Assembly (NCBI GenBank): GCA_048885525.1
Contig: JBHLLP010000037.1
Coordinates: 1 to 34,083 of the forward strand
Source of the DNA: Candidatus Hermodarchaeota archaeon
GTDB lineage: Archaea; Asgardarchaeota; Lokiarchaeia; Sigyniarchaeales; SOKP01
DNA length: 34,083 bases
Direction: 5' to 3'
Below the pieces are notes generated by a model, which was not told where the DNA came from, did no database searches, and saw nothing but the letters and a program-made list of their open reading frames with translations. How positions within the stretch are numbered: the first letter of the stretch is position 1; each line of letters begins with the position of its first letter. A program made the position numbers and the translations under genes. This document shows positions 29,730 through 34,083 of this stretch, piece after piece.

Positions 29730-30608
29730 TTAACCTTTTTTCATAATCGCATTCTCTAATATCTTCTTGATTATTTGTTCAATATTCCCTCTAGCAGCTT
29801 CTTGAATGGCAGAAAATCCAAACGTTTGTAACCCACCAAATGATTCACTAATTTTCTCAGTGTCAAATGCAGAATTTATAGAATCTTGAAAATTTGCAAA
29901 AATATAAAATATTTTATTTTTTATTCTTTCCTTTAGATGAGAATATAAATTCTTTGTTCGGCTTAAATTGTCTGCCCCTGAGTTTGTAACCATACAAATT
30001 ATGTCTACAGTATCAATAAGGGATTTATATTTAGTGATATTATCTATTAAATCTTTGAAATTGATTTCTATTAACACAAACTCATTAATTCCTTTTATAT
30101 CAGATAGTTTAATAGTTTTTTTAACAAGTTCAGTCATATCGTCATCTAATTCTAATATAGTCTCTCCTGGAAATAAATTCATAATTGTACTTTTTCCAAC
30201 CCCATCTTCACCAATCAATAGGATTTTAGGAGTAAGAACTAAGTGTTTTTCAATAAATTGGTCGAACATTTCATATTTTTCATTTTCACCTATCCCTTTT
30301 TCTAATCCCTTTATAAATATTTTGAAATATTCCTCTTTTAATAGTTTCAATTTAACTCTTGCTTCTTCTTCAAGATCATGACTATCTGTAGTAATAATAA
30401 ATACATAATCGTGATTACCATAATCATAAATAAAATTAAAATTCTCAAAATTTAATGAACTTATATTTCCTCCACCAATCTTTTTGCTTACACGAGTTAT
30501 AAGAGTTAAAAAGCTTATGATATCTTTACTTGAATTGGTGGAACCAAAAATTGATTTTGAATAGCGTACTACCCCATCTGTTGTAATAATATAAATATTG
30601 GATATCAT
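29730..30608 (-). CDS. Longin-like domain fused to an atypical small GTPase (Arf/Rab-like), paralog A
   Basis: N-terminal MISNIYIITTDGVVRYSK...IGGGNISSLNF longin-like pattern; KILLIGEDGVGKSTI P-loop; FANFQD (G4-like); FSAI (G5-like). Confidence 0.8.
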   Translation of the reverse strand: MISNIYIITTDGVVRYSKSIFGSTNSSKDIISFLTLITRVSKKIGGGNISSLNFENFNFIYDYGNHDYVFIITTDSHDLEEEARVKLKLLKEEYFKIFIKGLEKGIGENEKYEMFDQFIEKHLVLTPKILLIGEDGVGKSTIMNLFPGETILELDDDMTELVKKTIKLSDIKGINEFVLIEINFKDLIDNITKYKSLIDTVDIICMVTNSGADNLSRTKNLYSHLKERIKNKIFYIFANFQDSINSAFDTEKISESFGGLQTFGFSAIQEAARGNIEQIIKKILENAIMKKG

Positions 30609-30744
30609 AGCAGAATTCTAATTTTCTTAACCACTAAAGAAAATCCTTTTTCAACTTTAATTTTTTATCTGTTTTTTTATAAATATATGTAATATATACT
30701 CTTAAACAATCGATATCTAATCTTTTTCTCCTTTAATCTATAAT

Positions 30745-31644
30745 TTATTTTACTTGTTTGCTTTCTATTTTTTCTACAATTGAAATTCTTACTATTTCAC
30801 TAATAATCTCAAAAATCCTTTCCTTGGCTTCCTTTTTAATTGCACAGAAACCATATGTTTGAATACCAAATAATTCTTGTATTTTTTCTGGTTCATAAGA
30901 TGTATTTTGTAAATCCTGAAAATTTGCAATAACATAAAAGTCTGCTTTCTTGACTTTTTTCTCTAATTGTGAAAAGAGTCTTTGAGTTCTACCTAAATTG
31001 CTTGCCCCAGAGTTAGTGACAATGCAAATTATATCGACTGAATCTAATAATGGTCGATAAATTTTTGCATTTTTAATGAGATCTTCTAAATCAAGTTCTC
31101 GTAATATTACTTCATTTATTCTTTTAAAATTTGTTAACGGGACTGTTTTCTGTATGATTTCGTTTAAATCTTCATCAAGCTCTAGAACAGTGTCCCCTTC
31201 AAATAAGTTGATAATAGTCGTTTTCCCGACACCTAGCTCGCCTACCAATAATATTTTCGGGGGTATGAAAATTCTGTTTTCTGTGAATTCATCAAATACT
31301 TCAAATCTTCCTGTTTCACATTTGAAATCTTTTAAGTCATCATAAAATCGTTTGATAAACTCATTTTTTAATAATTCTAACTTATCTTGTGCCTCTTCTT
31401 CAGGGTCATCAATATCTGTAACAATAATAAACATACATAGCTTTTCATCATCATAAGTATATATAAAATTGAAATTTCTGAAGTTTAATGATCTTATTTC
31501 TCCTCCACCAATTTCTTTTGCAATACTACTAATTGCTGTAAGGAATCCGCCCACTAAATCGTAATCCATGTTATCACTTCCAATAAATGTCCTTGAATAA
31601 CAGAGTACACCATTAGCCATTATTATAAGTATTTTAGATATCAT
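30745..31644 (-). CDS. Longin-like domain fused to an atypical small GTPase, paralog B
   Basis: MISKILIIMANGVLCYS...DLVGGFLTAISSIAKEIGGGEIRSLNF; KILLVGELGVGKTTI; IANFQD; FCAI; colinear with paralog A. Confidence 0.82.
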   Translation of the reverse strand: MISKILIIMANGVLCYSRTFIGSDNMDYDLVGGFLTAISSIAKEIGGGEIRSLNFRNFNFIYTYDDEKLCMFIIVTDIDDPEEEAQDKLELLKNEFIKRFYDDLKDFKCETGRFEVFDEFTENRIFIPPKILLVGELGVGKTTIINLFEGDTVLELDEDLNEIIQKTVPLTNFKRINEVILRELDLEDLIKNAKIYRPLLDSVDIICIVTNSGASNLGRTQRLFSQLEKKVKKADFYVIANFQDLQNTSYEPEKIQELFGIQTYGFCAIKKEAKERIFEIISEIVRISIVEKIESKQVK

Positions 31645-31760
31645 TTTGAATTTCTAATTTTTTTCTATTAATAATTAATTTAATAATATTTGATTATTTT
31701 AAAATAACTGTGCGGAATTAATATAATAATAACTTTCCATTTTTAAAATTGCGAAATAAT

Positions 31761-31910
31761 ATGGACGAAGAAGAGAATAAATCAAAATTAAATGATCATG
31801 ATCCAACAATAATATCTTCTGAGGATCAAGAAATTATGGAACAGAGACCTCCAAATGACAAAATAATTTATTATAAATTGGTAGAAGACATTAAGGATAC
31901 AGAATCTTAA
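31761..31910 (+). CDS. Small acidic hypothetical protein (49 aa)
   Basis: Manual translation MDEEENKSKLNDHDPTIISSEDQEIMEQRPPNDKIIYYKLVEDIKDTES*; purine-rich, coding-like, in an otherwise empty gap. Confidence 0.45.
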   Translation: MDEEENKSKLNDHDPTIISSEDQEIMEQRPPNDKIIYYKLVEDIKDTES

Positions 31911-32078
31911 AAGAACAGAGCATCTATTTGATTAAAACTACTAAAAAATAATACTAATAATTTTATCATCTTCCTTTTGAGAATAATTGTTTAGTAATAT
32001 TTTACCCTTTAAGAAATAAGAGTATTGAAATTATATTAATTGAATTTTTATTGGAAAAAAATAAATAAAAAAAGAAAT

Positions 32079-32306
32079 TTAGGCAACATTTACAACATGT
32101 GTAACTTCTGGAATAAACTGTTTAAGAGCTCTCTCCACCCCAAAAGTCAGCGTTTGTTGTGCATGCATACATCCCGCGCAATGGCCCATTAATCTTACTT
32201 TAACGGTTCCATCGTCCTCTACACTAACAAGTTCGATATCGCCGCCATCCATTTGTAATTGAGGCCTAATTTTATCAATAACTTGCTTTACTTTTTCTAC
32301 GTCCAT
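32079..32306 (-). CDS. NifU/Nfu-type Fe-S cluster carrier
   Basis: IRPQLQMDGGDIELV....V.VRL.GHCAGC....TL..GVE..L. ATG 32306 is preferred over GTG 32315. Confidence 0.93.
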   Translation of the reverse strand: MDVEKVKQVIDKIRPQLQMDGGDIELVSVEDDGTVKVRLMGHCAGCMHAQQTLTFGVERALKQFIPEVTHVVNVA

Positions 32307-32470
32307 TAATTTCACTTAATAATATTTTGTAAATTCTATAATAAAAAAAAGACAAATACCCTTTTAAAGGATTCCTTTTATATTTTATTAATATTTCTCA
32401 AATAGAGTTATTATAATAACGTAATCAAATTATAGATCTTTTATAGTTAAATTTTTTTCTCATATTTAAT

Positions 32471-33265
32471 TCATTTCTTAAAAATTAAAACAAGAATTTC
32501 AGGATAAAAACCTAATCCATATCTTTTAATTTTTTTATTGAATTTACTCCATACTTTCTGAAATGGTTTAGCTTTAACTCCATATTTCCTAAAAAGTTTT
32601 GGAGCTTCTTCACATGCGAATAAAATTTCTTCTTTTGCTTGATTTAATGTTATGTTTTTATTAGTCCTTAGTATAAATTTTTTTAGTAAAACACACCCTA
32701 GTTTTTCTAATAACTTGATATAGAAGTGTGGGGAATAGAATAAACTATTCAATCCAACGTATCTCCATAATTTCCAATTTATAATGCTACTTGGATCTTT
32801 TCCCTTTAACATTATTGTAATTTCAAGAATACCATCCTTACGTAAGATTCTACCTAATTCTTCTAGAGTTGATTTAACTCCTTCTCTTCCCAAGGTCATA
32901 TTTATATCTTCTAATCCCAAAAAATTAGCGATAAGATCAAAACTATTATCTCGAAAAGCAAGGTTAGCTGTACTCATTATAACATATTGAATATTATCAG
33001 AATTAAATTCTTTAGATGAAATTGCTTTTTCATAAGAGTTTAAATCGTTTAATAAACCAATATCTACTAATCGCCCCTTATACCCTGAGTCTCTAATAGC
33101 AAATGAAAGAAATCCATGCCCTGCTGCTACATCTAAAACTTTAGTTCTCTTATCTAATCCAAATTTTAATAACTCAGAAACAACTTTTTGACGAAAGAAA
33201 CAAAATTCTATAAAAATATTATCATATTCTTCATCAGTTAAATAGTTAATATGAATAGAATCCAT
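32471..33265 (-). CDS. Class I SAM-dependent methyltransferase
   Basis: VLDVAAGHG, L.F.DNSFDLI and RILRKDGIL motifs. Confidence 0.88.
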   Translation of the reverse strand: MDSIHINYLTDEEYDNIFIEFCFFRQKVVSELLKFGLDKRTKVLDVAAGHGFLSFAIRDSGYKGRLVDIGLLNDLNSYEKAISSKEFNSDNIQYVIMSTANLAFRDNSFDLIANFLGLEDINMTLGREGVKSTLEELGRILRKDGILEITIMLKGKDPSSIINWKLWRYVGLNSLFYSPHFYIKLLEKLGCVLLKKFILRTNKNITLNQAKEEILFACEEAPKLFRKYGVKAKPFQKVWSKFNKKIKRYGLGFYPEILVLIFKK

Positions 33266-33419
33266 GATTTTCTAATTTCGATTAAATATGATTAGGTAAT
33301 TTATTTTAATTTTTAAAATATATGAACATTAAAATTTTATTAGAAAGAATAATAATGAATAGAGAATTCCCTTAATATATACTAAATTAAATATGTTTCT
33401 TAATTTTGACTGATTTCAA

Positions 33420-33797
33420 ATGGATGCCACAGAATTTATTAAAAAGCTGAATGAAGTTCAAGAACTAATGAGACAAGAAAATTACAAACAGGCAATTGCT
33501 TTAATTGAAAAACTGAAAGAATTAGAAAAAAAGGGCAACTTTGATTATAATCTTACTCACAGATTATACCAATTAGATTCAAATTGTCGTTCCCTTAATA
33601 ATCAACAAATTCTCTTAAAAATAATGAAGGATCTTTCTAGCGAGAATGATCACATTAGTTTTTACGAATTGAATAAAATTTTAAAGAAAAATCATGAGCT
33701 AGACCTTAACGAACATATTTTAAAAAGAGAAATTGAAATTCTAATATTAAGAAATCTTTTAACTTGTAGAATAGATGGAGATACACTCATTTTTTAA
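33420..33797 (+). CDS. Hypothetical protein, helical N-terminus plus winged-helix (PCI-like) C-terminus
   Basis: 125 aa; TPR-like helical hairpin, then ISFYEL...REIEILILRNLLTCRIDGDTLIF, resembling a PCI/winged-helix end. Confidence 0.65.
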   Translation: MDATEFIKKLNEVQELMRQENYKQAIALIEKLKELEKKGNFDYNLTHRLYQLDSNCRSLNNQQILLKIMKDLSSENDHISFYELNKILKKNHELDLNEHILKREIEILILRNLLTCRIDGDTLIF

Positions 33798-34083
33798 TTT
33801 TGTTCCTCTATCTCTGCAAGAAACAGGTCTACAATTGCTAACCATTTGTTTTTTGATTCAAAATCACTCATAATTTTAGTTGTTAATTCTTTTCCTCTCT
33901 TAAGATTTTGAACTGCTAATTCAAAATTTTCAAGTGCCGTATAGCAAATTCCTAATTTAATATAAGTCTGGTAGATAAACCAATCATTAGTATCAATTGC
34001 TATAGCGTTTTGGAATTCTTCTATGGCTTTTTCATACTCTTTAAAAGTGATTAAGATTTCTCCGTATGTATCGTGATAAATTC
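33794..34083 (-). CDS. TPR-containing protein, C-terminal part (5' end outside the window)
   Basis: Manual translation ...YHDTYGEILITFKEYEKAIEEFQNAIAID...YIKLGICYTALENFELAVQNL...EEQN*. The stop overlaps the stop of the convergent gene. Confidence 0.8.
   Translation of the reverse strand, partial: IYHDTYGEILITFKEYEKAIEEFQNAIAIDTNDWFIYQTYIKLGICYTALENFELAVQNLKRGKELTTKIMSDFESKNKWLAIVDLFLAEIEEQN

Noticed and set aside
7407-32990. Other short tracked ORFs overlapping called genes (e.g. 7407-7691, 8636-8917, 15320-15541, 22656-22874, 26456-26779, 29968-30381, 31076-31345, 32784-32990)
   Set aside because: They overlap well-supported genes on the other strand or frame and have the Ser/Phe/Ile-rich composition typical of shadow ORFs.
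30609-33280. AAATTAGAA just upstream of the starts of both GTPase genes and the methyltransferase
   Set aside because: Could be a shared leader motif, but it is too AT-rich and partly explained by gene duplication; needs a genome-wide enrichment test.
1-34083. CRISPR arrays, tRNA/rRNA genes, transposases or integrases
   Set aside because: No regularly spaced repeats, GC-rich structural RNA segments or recombinase motifs were seen by eye.

Overview
AT-rich archaeal chromosomal window, most likely from an Asgard archaeon of the Lokiarchaeia type. This is an inference from an archaeal uL16/L10e, a Loki-CTERM-like IPGY-TM-basic tail, longin-GTPase fusions, a SIR2-TPR-type gene and a eukaryote-like ubiquitin toolkit. 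The left part holds a partial SIR2-like gene, an unannotated 38-aa CxxC/CxxC protein, an NTPase, a lysophospholipase-like hydrolase and dnaJ-dnaK with divergent tatD-grpE. The middle holds a B12 acyl-CoA mutase cluster (large subunit with isobutyryl-CoA-mutase-type specificity residues, small subunit, MeaB), an SDR, a radical SAM protein, a surface-anchored solute-binding protein, a divergent TetR/ICMT pair with a perfect 20-bp palindrome, NIF3, rpl10e (apparently starting at ATA) and an acyl-CoA ligase alpha homolog lacking its phospho-His loop. The most striking part is about 25.7-31.6 kb: a compact ubiquitin-like conjugation module with no recognisable E3 (Ubl ending GG-C, E2, E1, Rpn11-like JAMM). 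It is co-oriented with two tandem longin + atypical small-GTPase fusion genes and flanked by a Zn-ribbon membrane protein. No rRNA, tRNA, CRISPR array or mobile element was recognised. All calls come from motif recognition by eye; no database searches were run.
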